Source: an uncultured Peptococcaceae bacterium (GTDB lineage: Bacteria > Bacillota > Dehalobacteriia > UBA4068). From it: a stretch of 58,491 nucleotides of DNA. Numbering within the stretch: position 1 is the first letter of the stretch; every line of letters starts with the position of its first letter. The DNA lies in NCBI GenBank assembly GCA_964368605.1, contig CAYJBP010000002.1, positions 1 through 58,491 on the forward strand, in the 5' to 3' direction. Below, in pieces: positions 27,625 to 37,305 of the stretch. The position numbers and the translations under genes were made by a program. The notes under the pieces were generated by a model. That model was not told the DNA's origin and did no database searches. It worked only from the letters and a program-made list of their open reading frames with translations.

Positions 27625-28585
27625 GGATGCCTCCTGTTATGGCGCCCTGTTTTTGGACGCTATCTAAGGCAAGGGCGGCAATGCCTACCGCATTATCACA
27701 GGCCAATTGGGGCTGAGCAAATTGTAAATCAAAATTAGGCAATTCGGCTTTAAGCCTACCCTTGATTAAAGAATTGGCTGCTACACCGCCTACCAATAAT
27801 ACCTGATAACAATTTTTTTGTTTGGCCAGAATTTGCAAAGCCCTGGCCAGTGAGCGGCCAATATTAAAAAATACTGCCTGGGCGATGGCCGCCGGCTGTT
27901 GCTTATCGATTAAGCGTTGGGCAGCGCTTTCGGCCCCGGAAAAAGAGATATGATTGCCTTTAACTGCTGTTTTTAGGCGCAAATCGCTAGCCGGCATACT
28001 AAGTGCCAATTGCTCTAAGGCTTTGCCTGCCGGAAAATCAAGCCCCAAAGCTACGCCAATACGATCGACAAATTGGCCGGCTGCCAAATCGCAATCGGTA
28101 CAAATTTCGATATCCAGGCCTTTATCTTGTGGTTTAACATATAAAATTTCGGTAGTTCCGCCGGAAATATGAATGGCTAAAAATGGTTTTGTCCATTTTA
28201 GATTGGCGCTATAAAGGCCTGCTGCAATATGCCCTTCTTGATGCGAAAACCGATAATTTGGCCTTGCTGCTACCATGCTTAAATTTAAGGCTAAATTGGC
28301 GCCGGCCATAAAAACCGGCATATAAGAACCTGCCTGCGGCCTGGGTGTGGCCGAAGCGGCAAAAAATTTGATTACACCTGCTTGCAGTGCCTTGGCCTCG
28401 GTTAAGGCTTCTTCTAAAAGTTGCGGCAAATTTTGATTATGCTGAAAAAAAGCCTCGCTTTGACGTAAGCCTAAATTCCCCTTTTTAACATGCAAAAGCC
28501 GCTGCTTATTGCTAAGCAAACGGCCATCTAAATCCATAATTGCCACCGAGGTGGTATAACAGGAAGTATCAAATGCTAAAATCAT
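27608..28585 (-). CDS. TsaD/Kae1-family (glycoprotease M22-like) paralogue
   Basis: 'ILAFDTSCYTTSVAI', metal motif 'HQEGHI', 'HISGGTTE', 'LLVGGVAANS', 'ACDNAVGIA'. The canonical TsaD 'SCDET' and 'GGVVPE' motifs are altered. The ATG at 28585 (RBS AAGGA) lies 1 nt after the nusB stop. Confidence 0.7.
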   Translation of the reverse strand: MILAFDTSCYTTSVAIMDLDGRLLSNKQRLLHVKKGNLGLRQSEAFFQHNQNLPQLLEEALTEAKALQAGVIKFFAASATPRPQAGSYMPVFMAGANLALNLSMVAARPNYRFSHQEGHIAAGLYSANLKWTKPFLAIHISGGTTEILYVKPQDKGLDIEICTDCDLAAGQFVDRIGVALGLDFPAGKALEQLALSMPASDLRLKTAVKGNHISFSGAESAAQRLIDKQQPAAIAQAVFFNIGRSLARALQILAKQKNCYQVLLVGGVAANSLIKGRLKAELPNFDLQFAQPQLACDNAVGIAALALDSVQKQGAITGGIHASGA

Positions 28586-28586
28586 T

Positions 28587-29054
28587 TTAATTATCCTTTG
28601 CTTGCTTTTTATGCACGGCATCGAGTACCGCATTTACAAATGCCGGGCTGGCATCATCGCCAAATTTTTTGGCCGCCTCGATAGCCTCGTTAATAATAAT
28701 GGTAGCCGGGGTTTGGTCTAAATTAAGCTCGGCTAAGGCATAGCGTAAAATGGTTTTATCTACGGCAAATAAGCGCTCGAAATCCCAGCTATGGCTATAT
28801 TCTTTAATAAGCTGATCTGCCTTTTCCATATAATCGATGCTGGCTAAAAATAATTGCTTAGCAAAAAAATCATATTCCTCGTTTAGGCCAATTTCGGCCA
28901 AGCGATTAATAGCCATTTGCTTTTGCTGATCGCCAAAACTATATTGATAAAGCATAATCAGCACTGCTTCCCGTGCTCTTTTGCGGCCGCCCGGGGCTAA
29001 AAGTTCAAAATCCAAACTTAATTCGGCCGGATTATCGGCTGGTAATTTTGTCAT
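28587..29054 (-). CDS. nusB: Transcription antitermination factor NusB
   Basis: 'RKRAREAVLIMLYQ', 'AVDKTILRYALAEL', 'INEAIEAAKKFGDD...FVNAVLD'. Confidence 0.9.
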   Translation of the reverse strand: MTKLPADNPAELSLDFELLAPGGRKRAREAVLIMLYQYSFGDQQKQMAINRLAEIGLNEEYDFFAKQLFLASIDYMEKADQLIKEYSHSWDFERLFAVDKTILRYALAELNLDQTPATIIINEAIEAAKKFGDDASPAFVNAVLDAVHKKQAKDN

Positions 29055-29066
29055 ACTTCCTCCTGC

Positions 29067-29285
29067 TTAATTACGGAATATATCGTCTACCTTTTTTTTA
29101 ATATCTACTTTTTGATCAATTTTGCGGCCGATAAATAAGCCGCCTAAAACGCAAATCGCAATAAATAGTGATTGCCAAAAGCCAAATTCCAAAACTAATA
29201 CCGCAAAGGCAAAGCCGATAATAATACCCATCGATTTGCCTTTATGATTGCGCCAAGTATTGGCTAAAACCTCAAAAATATCCAT
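29067..29285 (-). CDS. Small integral membrane protein of the Asp23 locus (DUF2273-type)
   Basis: 72 aa, two TM segments, in the conserved position between amaP-like and nusB. Confidence 0.6.
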   Translation of the reverse strand: MDIFEVLANTWRNHKGKSMGIIIGFAFAVLVLEFGFWQSLFIAICVLGGLFIGRKIDQKVDIKKKVDDIFRN

Positions 29286-29305
29286 ATCGCACCTCTTTTG
29301 CCGCT

Positions 29306-29905
29306 TTATTTTTCGGATGTTTGTTTGATTACAATTTGATTGCTTTGATTGTTGTGATTGCTGCCTTTGTTAACTTTTGCGGCAGGCTTAGCATTGATAA
29401 TCATAATTTCTACCTGATTAACGCTAAGGCCGGTAATGTTTTCTACCTGGGTTTTTACCATTTCTTTGGCCTTAGTTGCCAAATCGGGAACCTTAACATC
29501 ATCATCTAAAACCAAAGAAAGTTCGATTAAAATTCCTTGCTCTAAAAGGCGGATTTGTGATTTAAGATCAATGATTTCGTCGATGTTGGCAATTGTTTTA
29601 TGCACTACATCATCAATAGCGGCCATGCTGATATTAACATGTCCGCCGTCGCCAAGACTAAGCGGGGCATAGCTGGGTTTGGTTTTATGGGCAAAGGCAA
29701 TATATATTCCACAGCCGCCCAAAGCCAAAACAATTAAGGCAACTAATAATAATAAAGGCAAGGCAATGGTACTAATTAATTGTTGCAAATTATCCAAAAA
29801 AAGCTTAGACAATGAATTATCAAAGCTAAAAACCACAATTGCCGAGCCCAAAGCAATAATTATCAAGCTAAAAATAGCTAATAATAAACGCCGCAGGGCA
29901 TTCAT
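29306..29905 (-). CDS. Alkaline-shock-response membrane anchor protein (AmaP-like)
   Basis: Two N-terminal TM segments, an Asp23-like C-terminal fold, and a position immediately after asp23. Confidence 0.6.
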   Translation of the reverse strand: MNALRRLLLAIFSLIIIALGSAIVVFSFDNSLSKLFLDNLQQLISTIALPLLLLVALIVLALGGCGIYIAFAHKTKPSYAPLSLGDGGHVNISMAAIDDVVHKTIANIDEIIDLKSQIRLLEQGILIELSLVLDDDVKVPDLATKAKEMVKTQVENITGLSVNQVEIMIINAKPAAKVNKGSNHNNQSNQIVIKQTSEK

Positions 29906-29967
29906 AAGCCATCCTCCTCGTTTCGATTATAAAAAGGCGGAGCTTTAGCCCCGCCTTTTTTGGGCAT

Positions 29968-30375
29968 TTATTCTTCTTCTTTTTCGCTAGGCAAGCCTTG
30001 GGGGAAGGCCACGCCTTGAACATGTACGTTTACGGCAGATGTAATAAGGCCGGTCATATTTTCTACAGCGTTTTTAACTTTGGTTTGAACATCGGATGCA
30101 ACTTGGCTGATGCTAATACCATATTCTACGATACAAAAAATTTCGATTACGGTATCTGCTTCGTTAATCTCTACTTTAACGCCTTTGGTTAGGTTTTTAC
30201 GACCCAACATTTCGGCGATACCGCCGGAAAAACCGCCGCTCATGCCGGCAATGCCTTCTACATCGGCAGCCGCTAAGCCTGCAATGGTTGCTACAACATC
30301 ATTGGCTATTTTAATAGTACCAATGCCATTGCCTTCCAAATCATTCTCAACAACTTTTTCTTCAATATCAACCAT
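29968..30375 (-). CDS. Asp23/Gls24-family envelope stress protein
   Basis: 'IKIANDVVATIAGLAAADVEGIAGM', 'VIEIFCIVEYGISISQVASDVQTKVKNAVENMTGL'. The start was set at the ATG at 30375, after GGGAGG. Confidence 0.9.
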   Translation of the reverse strand: MVDIEEKVVENDLEGNGIGTIKIANDVVATIAGLAAADVEGIAGMSGGFSGGIAEMLGRKNLTKGVKVEINEADTVIEIFCIVEYGISISQVASDVQTKVKNAVENMTGLITSAVNVHVQGVAFPQGLPSEKEEE

Positions 30376-30621
30376 AATAATTACCTCCCTAGTATTTTTA
30401 TAATTTAGGTGCATGGAATTTAGAGCTTATCCATAGCATTGTAATTATTATACCATCATTTCAGCCATTATTCAAATAAAATTATCAAATATCTCAAAAT
30501 TATTATTTAAGTCTTAAAAAAATAGTTTTTTAGACATCTGCTTTTTGAGTTTTAATTGTAAATAGGTGGGGTATATGTTATACTAAAAATAATGTTAATA
30601 TAATAGGTAAAGGAGATCAAT

Positions 30622-31815
30622 ATGAAAATCACCAAAATTAAAGTAACTCCGGTACGTGCGGCTTTAACAACACCTTATATGTGGAGTATGGGCTTATTTG
30701 AAGGCAGTTCGCGGGCGATAATCGAAATCGAAACCGATCAAGGCATTACCGGTATTGCCGAAGCCGGCAGTGCGTCTTTTACCAAAGATATCGAAGCCTT
30801 GGGCCAAAGGCTTATTGGCTTAGATCCGCTTAAACTTGCCGATTGCGAGCGGCGAGCAATTTTGGATCAGCGGTTTTTAAATGTAACCGGCGGCCATAAT
30901 GCGATTAAATGCTGGGGCGCTATTGATATTGCTTTATGGGATATTAAAGGCAAGGTTTTTGGACTTCCTCTTTATCAATTATTAGGTGGGGCTTATCGTA
31001 AAGATATTGCCTTTACCGAATATTTCGGTTTTGATAGCGGCCTAAAGCCGGATGGCACGGTAAATCCTGATTTGCGCCCCGAAGCCATAGCCGAATACTG
31101 CTTGAAGATGAAAGAGGAGCATGGCAGTACCATGTTTGAGGGCAAATTATGCACAACCGAAAATATTAACTTGGATTTGCAAACAGTAAAGCTGATTAGG
31201 CAGGCCATTGGCGACGACGATATGTTACGTTTGGATTGTAATTATGGTTATAGCATGATGACGATGAAGCAGGTGCTTAAAAAGGTTGAGCAATACAATA
31301 TTCGCAGTATTGAAGACCCTGCTTTAGGCTATGATGATATGATGGAGTTAAAGCAGCATACCTCTATTCCTTTTTCTACCCATATGATAGATATGCGTCA
31401 TGCCATTGCCCATGGCGGTCCCGATGCTTTTGTGATAACGCCTGCTAACTTAGGTGGCATAATCAATACTATTAAATTTATCGGTGCTTGCGAAATCTTT
31501 AATAAAGGCTGCTGGTTTTATAGTGGTTGCATGGGCATTGCCACTGCCTCTTATCTGCATTTTTCGGCGGCTTTTCAGCATCTTAGCGAGCCTAGCCAAT
31601 CTTTATTCCGTTGGCAAAATGAGGATATTATTGAAGGCGGACAATTTCAGGCTAAAAACAATGTGGTTGCGGTGCCGGAAGGCCCGGGCTTAGGCGTAAC
31701 TATCGATCCTGCCGCCATGGAGCATTTACGCCGATCTTTGCTGGACTTAGGGCCTGCGGTATCTTTTTACAATTTTAGTGATAGTAGTCTTTTGCCCCGC
31801 TTACCGCGGGCTTAA
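30622..31815 (+). CDS. Enolase-superfamily enzyme (mandelate racemase / muconate lactonizing enzyme family)
   Basis: 'MKITKIKVTPV', capping-domain pattern, 'AIDIALWDIKGK', 'LRLDCN', 'IEDP'. RBS AAGGAGA. Confidence 0.8.
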   Translation: MKITKIKVTPVRAALTTPYMWSMGLFEGSSRAIIEIETDQGITGIAEAGSASFTKDIEALGQRLIGLDPLKLADCERRAILDQRFLNVTGGHNAIKCWGAIDIALWDIKGKVFGLPLYQLLGGAYRKDIAFTEYFGFDSGLKPDGTVNPDLRPEAIAEYCLKMKEEHGSTMFEGKLCTTENINLDLQTVKLIRQAIGDDDMLRLDCNYGYSMMTMKQVLKKVEQYNIRSIEDPALGYDDMMELKQHTSIPFSTHMIDMRHAIAHGGPDAFVITPANLGGIINTIKFIGACEIFNKGCWFYSGCMGIATASYLHFSAAFQHLSEPSQSLFRWQNEDIIEGGQFQAKNNVVAVPEGPGLGVTIDPAAMEHLRRSLLDLGPAVSFYNFSDSSLLPRLPRA

Positions 31816-31980
31816 AGGCAAAAAGCGCTAATATTCAAATAACATATTTGATTTTGGAGGATATTGGTAAATTTTGTCGAAATTTTTAATAAGGCTAATT
31901 ATGCAAAATTATATTAAGTCTGTTATGTTGTTAATTTATTAACCCAGCGGAATCTGTATTCATTTTGGAAGGTTGATAAC

Positions 31981-33060
31981 ATGCCCGATTTAAAAAGAAA
32001 GAAGATGTTGATAGTTGATGATATTCCCATTAATAGGGTTATATTAGAAGACTTGTTTTGTGAAGATTATGAAATTATCGAGGCCGAAAATGGGCTAGAA
32101 GCTTTAGCCAAAATTCAACAGTATAAAAATGATTTGGCTATTGTTGCCTTAGATATTGTGATGCCCAAAATGGACGGTTTTGGTGTTTTAAAGCAGATGA
32201 ATGATAGCGGCCTTATTGATAGTATCCCGGTTGTGATGATTACCGGCGAAAATGATGATGAAAATATCTTTATGGCCTATGATTTAGGGGCTGCCGATTT
32301 AATCAATAAGCCTTTTAATCCTAATATTGTTATTAAGCGGGTAAACAATGTAATTTCATTATATTCGCATAAAGAGAATTTAGAAATTCAATTGCGCCTG
32401 CAAAAAGAGCAATTGGAGGATCAGGCTAAAAAACTTAAATTAAGCAATCAATTTGTAATTGATGCTCTTTCGACCACGGTAGAATTTAGGGATTCGGAAT
32501 CGGGCGATCATATTAAAAGAATTCGCAGTTTAACCAGGCATTTATTAAATGCGGCTCGTAAAGATTATGATTTAAACGAAGACCAAATAGATATGATTGT
32601 TAATGCTTCGGCTATGCATGATATTGGTAAAATAGCAATTGCCGATGCTATTTTGCTTAAACCCGGGCGTTTAACCAAAGAAGAATTTGAGATTATGAAA
32701 ACTCATACTATTCGTGGCTGCGAGATTTTGCAGAGTTTAAACTATGCGCAGGAAGAGGATTATTATAATTATTGCTATGAAATTTGTCGCCATCATCATG
32801 AGCGTTGGGATGGTAGCGGTTATCCTGATGGTTTAAAGGGCGACGAAATTTCGATTTGGGCGCAAGCAACGGCCTTGGCCGATGTTTATGATGCCCTAAC
32901 TTCTAAGCGTGTTTATAAGGATGCCTATAGCCATGAAAAAGCGGTAAGTATGATTTTAAATGGCGAGTGCGGCATGTTTAATCCCCAGCTACTACGTTAT
33001 TTTAATGAGGTAGAGTATATACTTTGCCAACAGGTGCAAGACACTAAACTTAAGTTTTGA
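31981..33060 (+). CDS. Response regulator with HD-GYP domain (c-di-GMP phosphodiesterase type)
   Basis: REC domain ('LIVDDIPINR', 'LDIVMPKMDG'). HD-GYP motifs 'HDIGKI' and 'HHERWDGSGYP'. Confidence 0.9.
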   Translation: MPDLKRKKMLIVDDIPINRVILEDLFCEDYEIIEAENGLEALAKIQQYKNDLAIVALDIVMPKMDGFGVLKQMNDSGLIDSIPVVMITGENDDENIFMAYDLGAADLINKPFNPNIVIKRVNNVISLYSHKENLEIQLRLQKEQLEDQAKKLKLSNQFVIDALSTTVEFRDSESGDHIKRIRSLTRHLLNAARKDYDLNEDQIDMIVNASAMHDIGKIAIADAILLKPGRLTKEEFEIMKTHTIRGCEILQSLNYAQEEDYYNYCYEICRHHHERWDGSGYPDGLKGDEISIWAQATALADVYDALTSKRVYKDAYSHEKAVSMILNGECGMFNPQLLRYFNEVEYILCQQVQDTKLKF

Positions 33061-33074
33061 TTTAAAGAAAATAA

Positions 33075-33118
33075 AGGGGTTGTCGCCAATACCGGCGACA
33101 ACCCCTAAAGTTTTTTTT
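33075..33118 (+). terminator. Rho-independent terminator
   Basis: 13-bp stem aggggttgtcgcc / ggcgacaacccct followed by tttttttt. Confidence 0.75.
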
Positions 33119-33157
33119 GATTCTTTTTAAAAAAAGAATGGTCTTGAGTGGCAAAAC

Positions 33158-33958
33158 CTAATGTAGATTTTGCCAGGCTGCGTCAACAATAGCATCAATA
33201 TCAATAGCTGCCGATTCTTTGTTCTTTTCGGCAAATAATAAATATTCAATATTACCATTAGGCCCCGTTATTGGCGAATAATCAAGCATTTGCACCGCCA
33301 ATTGCCAATCTTGACAAGCATCTATAATTTTGCTAATTACTTCTTTATGCACATTTTGATCACGAACAACACCTTTTTTGCCCACATTTTCCTTGCCGGC
33401 CTCAAATTGTGGCTTGATTAAGCAAATTAAAGCCCCATTATCCTTTAAAAGATGCTCAATAGCTGCCGGTAAAGCCAATGTTAGCGAAATAAAGGCCACA
33501 TCGGCGGTGATAATATCAACTTTTTCGGTAATTATCGTATTATCTAAATAGCGAGCATTGGTTTTTTCCAGGCAAACCACTCGCTGATCATTGCGCAAAC
33601 TCCAGGCCAATTGATTATAACCCACATCAACGGCATATACTTTTTGGGCGCCGTTTTGTAAAGCGCAATCAACAAACCCCCCGGTAGAAGCCCCAATATC
33701 CAACATTATTTTATCCTTGATATCATAAGGAAAAATTGTCAAGGCCTTGGCCAGCTTAAGGCCACCACGGGATACATAGGGCAAACGTTCGCCTAAAAGC
33801 CTAATCTGGCTGTCGATGGCAAATTCGCTGCCGGCTTTAGTAGCTTTTTCATTTTCTACCAGCACCTCGCCGGCCATAATTGCCGCCTTGGCTTTTTCCC
33901 GGGAGCTAAAAAAGCCCTTTTCTATTAATAATAAATCTAAACGCATTTTAGCTGCCAT
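33158..33958 (-). CDS. tlyA: TlyA-family rRNA 2'-O-methyltransferase
   Basis: S4-like 'RLDLLLIEKGFFSSREKAKAAI', 'YVSRGGLKL', SAM motif 'LDIGASTGGF'. The start was set at the ATG at 33958, after GGAGA. Confidence 0.9.
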   Translation of the reverse strand: MAAKMRLDLLLIEKGFFSSREKAKAAIMAGEVLVENEKATKAGSEFAIDSQIRLLGERLPYVSRGGLKLAKALTIFPYDIKDKIMLDIGASTGGFVDCALQNGAQKVYAVDVGYNQLAWSLRNDQRVVCLEKTNARYLDNTIITEKVDIITADVAFISLTLALPAAIEHLLKDNGALICLIKPQFEAGKENVGKKGVVRDQNVHKEVISKIIDACQDWQLAVQMLDYSPITGPNGNIEYLLFAEKNKESAAIDIDAIVDAAWQNLH

Positions 33959-35837
33959 CTTTTTCTCCAAACCAATTTGTTTTAACTCTAGCCGCTATTT
34001 GGCTAGGTAAATAGCCATGTTGTTCTAGTAAAATTGCCTGCGAGCCATGCTCGATAAAACAATCGGGAAAAGCCAAAATATCGGTTAAAAGCGGCTGATT
34101 GCTAAATAGCTCCAAGCAAGCCTGGCCAAAGCCACCCAGCTTGACATTTTCTTCAAGAATTAATACTTTGCCACAGTTTAATGCCTGCTCAAGGAATAAA
34201 TCATGGTCAAAAGGCTTGATAAAGCGCGCATTGATTACTGCCGCCTCTATGCCTTGTGCAGCCAGAATATCTGCTGCTTGGTTGGCTAGGTTTACCGTTG
34301 AACCGGCAGCTAGCAATAATAAATCTTTGCCTTGTCGCAATAAATCGGCTTTTTGTGGCGCAAAAGGGATGGTGGTTGGCAAATCTTGCGGCGGATAACC
34401 GCGCGGATAGCGAATTGCTACCGGCCCTTGCTGCTCAAAGGCATAGGCTAGCATCGCCTGTAAATCGGCGGCATTGGCCGGGGCTAAAATTTGCAAATTG
34501 GGAATGGGTTGCAAAAATGATAAATCAAAAATACCCTGATGGGTAGCACCATCCTCGCCCACTAAGCCGGCACGATCGATTGCCAAAACTACCGGCAAAT
34601 TGGGTAGGCAAATATCATGAATTAGCTGGTCATAAGCCCTTTGCAAAAAGGTGGAGTATAAGGCTACCACCGGCCTTAAACCGCCTTTAGCCAGGCCGGC
34701 GGCAAAGGTTAGGGCATGTTGTTCGGCAATTCCCACATCAAAAAAGCGTTGGGGATAAGCTTGGGCAAATGCTTGTAGGCCAACTCCATCGGGCATGGCA
34801 GCGGTAATGGCTGCTATTTTTGAATTGGTAGCGGCCAGCTCAACTAGGCTATTGCTAAAAACTTTGCTATAACTATCAAGCTTAGAACTTTTTTTGATGC
34901 GGCCACTGGCCAAATCAAAGGGAGCAGTGCCATGGAAAAAGCAAGGATCATGCTCGGCCGGCAAATAGCCACGTCCTTTGCGGGTTAATACATGGATTAA
35001 AACCGGCTTATCAATATGCTTGGCTCGCTCAATCATTTTTTCGACCAGGGGTAAATCATGGCCATCGATCGGGCCTAAATAAACAAAGCCTAATTCTTCA
35101 AAAAGCATTTGGCTCATAAACAGGTACTTAATGGCATCTTTGCTGCGCTCAATCATCTTTTGCAGGCCGGGGCCAATGCCCGGTAATTTTTCCAAAAGCG
35201 CATCAGCTTTACGCTTTGCCCCAAAATAACGGGGATGGGTGCGCAGTTTTATCAAATAGCGCGAGATTGCTCCCACATTATCGGCAATGCTCATCTCATT
35301 ATCATTTAAGATGACCATTAACTTAGTTTGCCTATCGCCAATATGATTTAAGGCCTCATAAACCATGCCGCCTGTTAAAGCACCATCGCCGATAACAGCA
35401 GCTACATGATGCTGCTCCTGATTTAAATCCCTAGCCATAGCAAGCCCCATGGCCACCGAAACCGAGGTGCTGCTATGGCCGGTGGCAAAGCTATCAAAAT
35501 CGCTTTCGGTAGGCTTAGGAAAGCCGCTGATGCCGCCAAATTGGCGCAAAGAAGCAAAGCGCTCTTTACGACCGCTTAAAATTTTATGGGTATAACATTG
35601 ATGCCCCACATCCCAAACAATTTTGTCCTGGGGCAAATTTAGCGCACGGTGCAGGGCAATTGTTAATTCAACCACCCCTAAATTAGAGGCCACATGCCCA
35701 CCATTGGCGGCTAAGGTGTTTAGCATAAAATCTCTAATTTCTGATGCTAATTGCGGTAATTGCTCGGCCGTTAAGGCACGCAAATCTGCAGTATTATTTA
35801 TTTGATCAAGCAAGTTGCTCAAAACAGTTCCCCTCAT
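33948..35837 (-). CDS. dxs: 1-deoxy-D-xylulose-5-phosphate synthase
   Basis: 'GGHVASNLGVVELTIALH', 'WDVGHQCYTHKIL', 'GDGALTGGM', 'DRAGLVGEDGATHQG'. The true start may be the TTG at 35822, preceded by GAGGGGA. Confidence 0.95.
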   Translation of the reverse strand: MRGTVLSNLLDQINNTADLRALTAEQLPQLASEIRDFMLNTLAANGGHVASNLGVVELTIALHRALNLPQDKIVWDVGHQCYTHKILSGRKERFASLRQFGGISGFPKPTESDFDSFATGHSSTSVSVAMGLAMARDLNQEQHHVAAVIGDGALTGGMVYEALNHIGDRQTKLMVILNDNEMSIADNVGAISRYLIKLRTHPRYFGAKRKADALLEKLPGIGPGLQKMIERSKDAIKYLFMSQMLFEELGFVYLGPIDGHDLPLVEKMIERAKHIDKPVLIHVLTRKGRGYLPAEHDPCFFHGTAPFDLASGRIKKSSKLDSYSKVFSNSLVELAATNSKIAAITAAMPDGVGLQAFAQAYPQRFFDVGIAEQHALTFAAGLAKGGLRPVVALYSTFLQRAYDQLIHDICLPNLPVVLAIDRAGLVGEDGATHQGIFDLSFLQPIPNLQILAPANAADLQAMLAYAFEQQGPVAIRYPRGYPPQDLPTTIPFAPQKADLLRQGKDLLLLAAGSTVNLANQAADILAAQGIEAAVINARFIKPFDHDLFLEQALNCGKVLILEENVKLGGFGQACLELFSNQPLLTDILAFPDCFIEHGSQAILLEQHGYLPSQIAARVKTNWFGEKDGS

Positions 35838-36004
35838 ATAAACAAATTATAGTCTAAATTTGATTTTAACATATTGGATACGATTTTTCAAGTAATCGGG
35901 AAGTAAAAAATCTATTTTTTTGAATAGCAAATATCTAAACAAAGAAAATCAGCATGATTGTCGATATTTTAAAAAGCAAAATAGTGGCAAGTTTTTAGCT
36001 AAGT

Positions 36005-37216
36005 TTAAGAAAATAAACCCATAATGGCCGCATATAGGGTGGCAATTAGCATATATGGCACTAAAAGCTTGATGTTTTTACGTACGATTATGCCAAATCG
36101 GGAGTCGAAACAATCGGCAGCAATAAAAAGGCAAATATGGGTTGGTGAAAACTGCATAGCCGCATAAGACATCGCCAGCAAGAACACAATCAGGATTAAG
36201 CCGCCATCGGGGATGGCCAATAGGGCCATGGGCAGACAAATCGTAACAATGGCCGTGCTGCCGCTGATTATTGTGCCAAAGAAAAAAATCAAGGCAAAAA
36301 TTAAAGGCAGCGGAATCGGAAATTGATTGAAAAATTCGGGCAGACTATAGATAACCCCGGTATGGGCAATGATGTCCTTAAAAATTAAAATCAGCACCGT
36401 ATTTAATAATAAAGGTGCTTCGAAGGCGCTAATCAATAGGGTAGGGATTTCGGCTAATTTAAATTTATCGACAAAGAAGTTTAGGATAAATACCACCGGG
36501 GTTGCTATATAAACCGGCAAATTAAAGGCGGTAATGGCAATAATTAAGGCAAGTATGCTCCAAATGCTGCGTATAAACAGCCATAAATGACGTTTTTTGG
36601 CAGCAGGGGCGGTTTTGGTGGCCAATTTTGGCAATTTTCTTAAATAAACCAGATAACCGATAATATATAAAGATGCCACCAAAGGCAACATGCCCAGCAC
36701 AAAACTGCCGGCACCGATGCCGGCCATGGTAAGGGCAATCAGAATATTAGAAAAAGCCGGGAAAAATGATTCGGGAATATGACGATAAAAGCTGGTTATG
36801 CTGGCTAAATCATCTTTGTCAAAAGTATCTTCGCAGGTAGAGCGAATAATTGCCGCACATAAGGGCATAGCGCCGATGGAAGGTAATAGCCCAATTATAG
36901 AAGGCGCTACCGAAGCGCTGATGCGCCTGCTATTAAAAATATCGCTTAATGCCTGCTCGGATGCCTTGATATGCTGCTTTTGTTCGAGCATGCGCTGCAA
37001 TACCGTAACCAAGTAAAAACTGCCAACCACAATAATGGTATCGGTGGCGATGATGGCCTGGCCGGCCAGGTTTAGGGCGGTTAAGAAGGGGATTTGATAT
37101 AAGAAAACAGCCACGATTATTGCTATGATTATAGCTTGATAAGGTGGCCGTTTAAGTGCAAGTAAAATTACGATTAGCAGAAAGACTAAGCATAAATTGA
37201 TGATAAGACTATCCAT
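36005..37216 (-). CDS. Polytopic integral membrane protein (putative transporter, function unknown)
   Basis: 403 aa with about 10-12 hydrophobic segments. No catalytic motif recognised. Confidence 0.55.
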   Translation of the reverse strand: MDSLIINLCLVFLLIVILLALKRPPYQAIIIAIIVAVFLYQIPFLTALNLAGQAIIATDTIIVVGSFYLVTVLQRMLEQKQHIKASEQALSDIFNSRRISASVAPSIIGLLPSIGAMPLCAAIIRSTCEDTFDKDDLASITSFYRHIPESFFPAFSNILIALTMAGIGAGSFVLGMLPLVASLYIIGYLVYLRKLPKLATKTAPAAKKRHLWLFIRSIWSILALIIAITAFNLPVYIATPVVFILNFFVDKFKLAEIPTLLISAFEAPLLLNTVLILIFKDIIAHTGVIYSLPEFFNQFPIPLPLIFALIFFFGTIISGSTAIVTICLPMALLAIPDGGLILIVFLLAMSYAAMQFSPTHICLFIAADCFDSRFGIIVRKNIKLLVPYMLIATLYAAIMGLFS

Positions 37217-37305
37217 AAAATTTTAAACTCCTTGAGGGGGGTAAAGCCCGATAATAGGCAAGATATCGACAAAGCTCGTTTTGCCATAGCATAGCTTGAT
37301 GATGG

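Noticed and set aside
29931-29960. Hairpin aaaaaggcggagc-ttta-gccccgcctttttt between asp23 and the amaP-like gene, considered as an operon boundary
   Set aside because: It is probably only a partial or attenuating intra-operon terminator. The Asp23 / AmaP-like / small-membrane-protein order is a conserved unit, so it is not reported as a separate finding.
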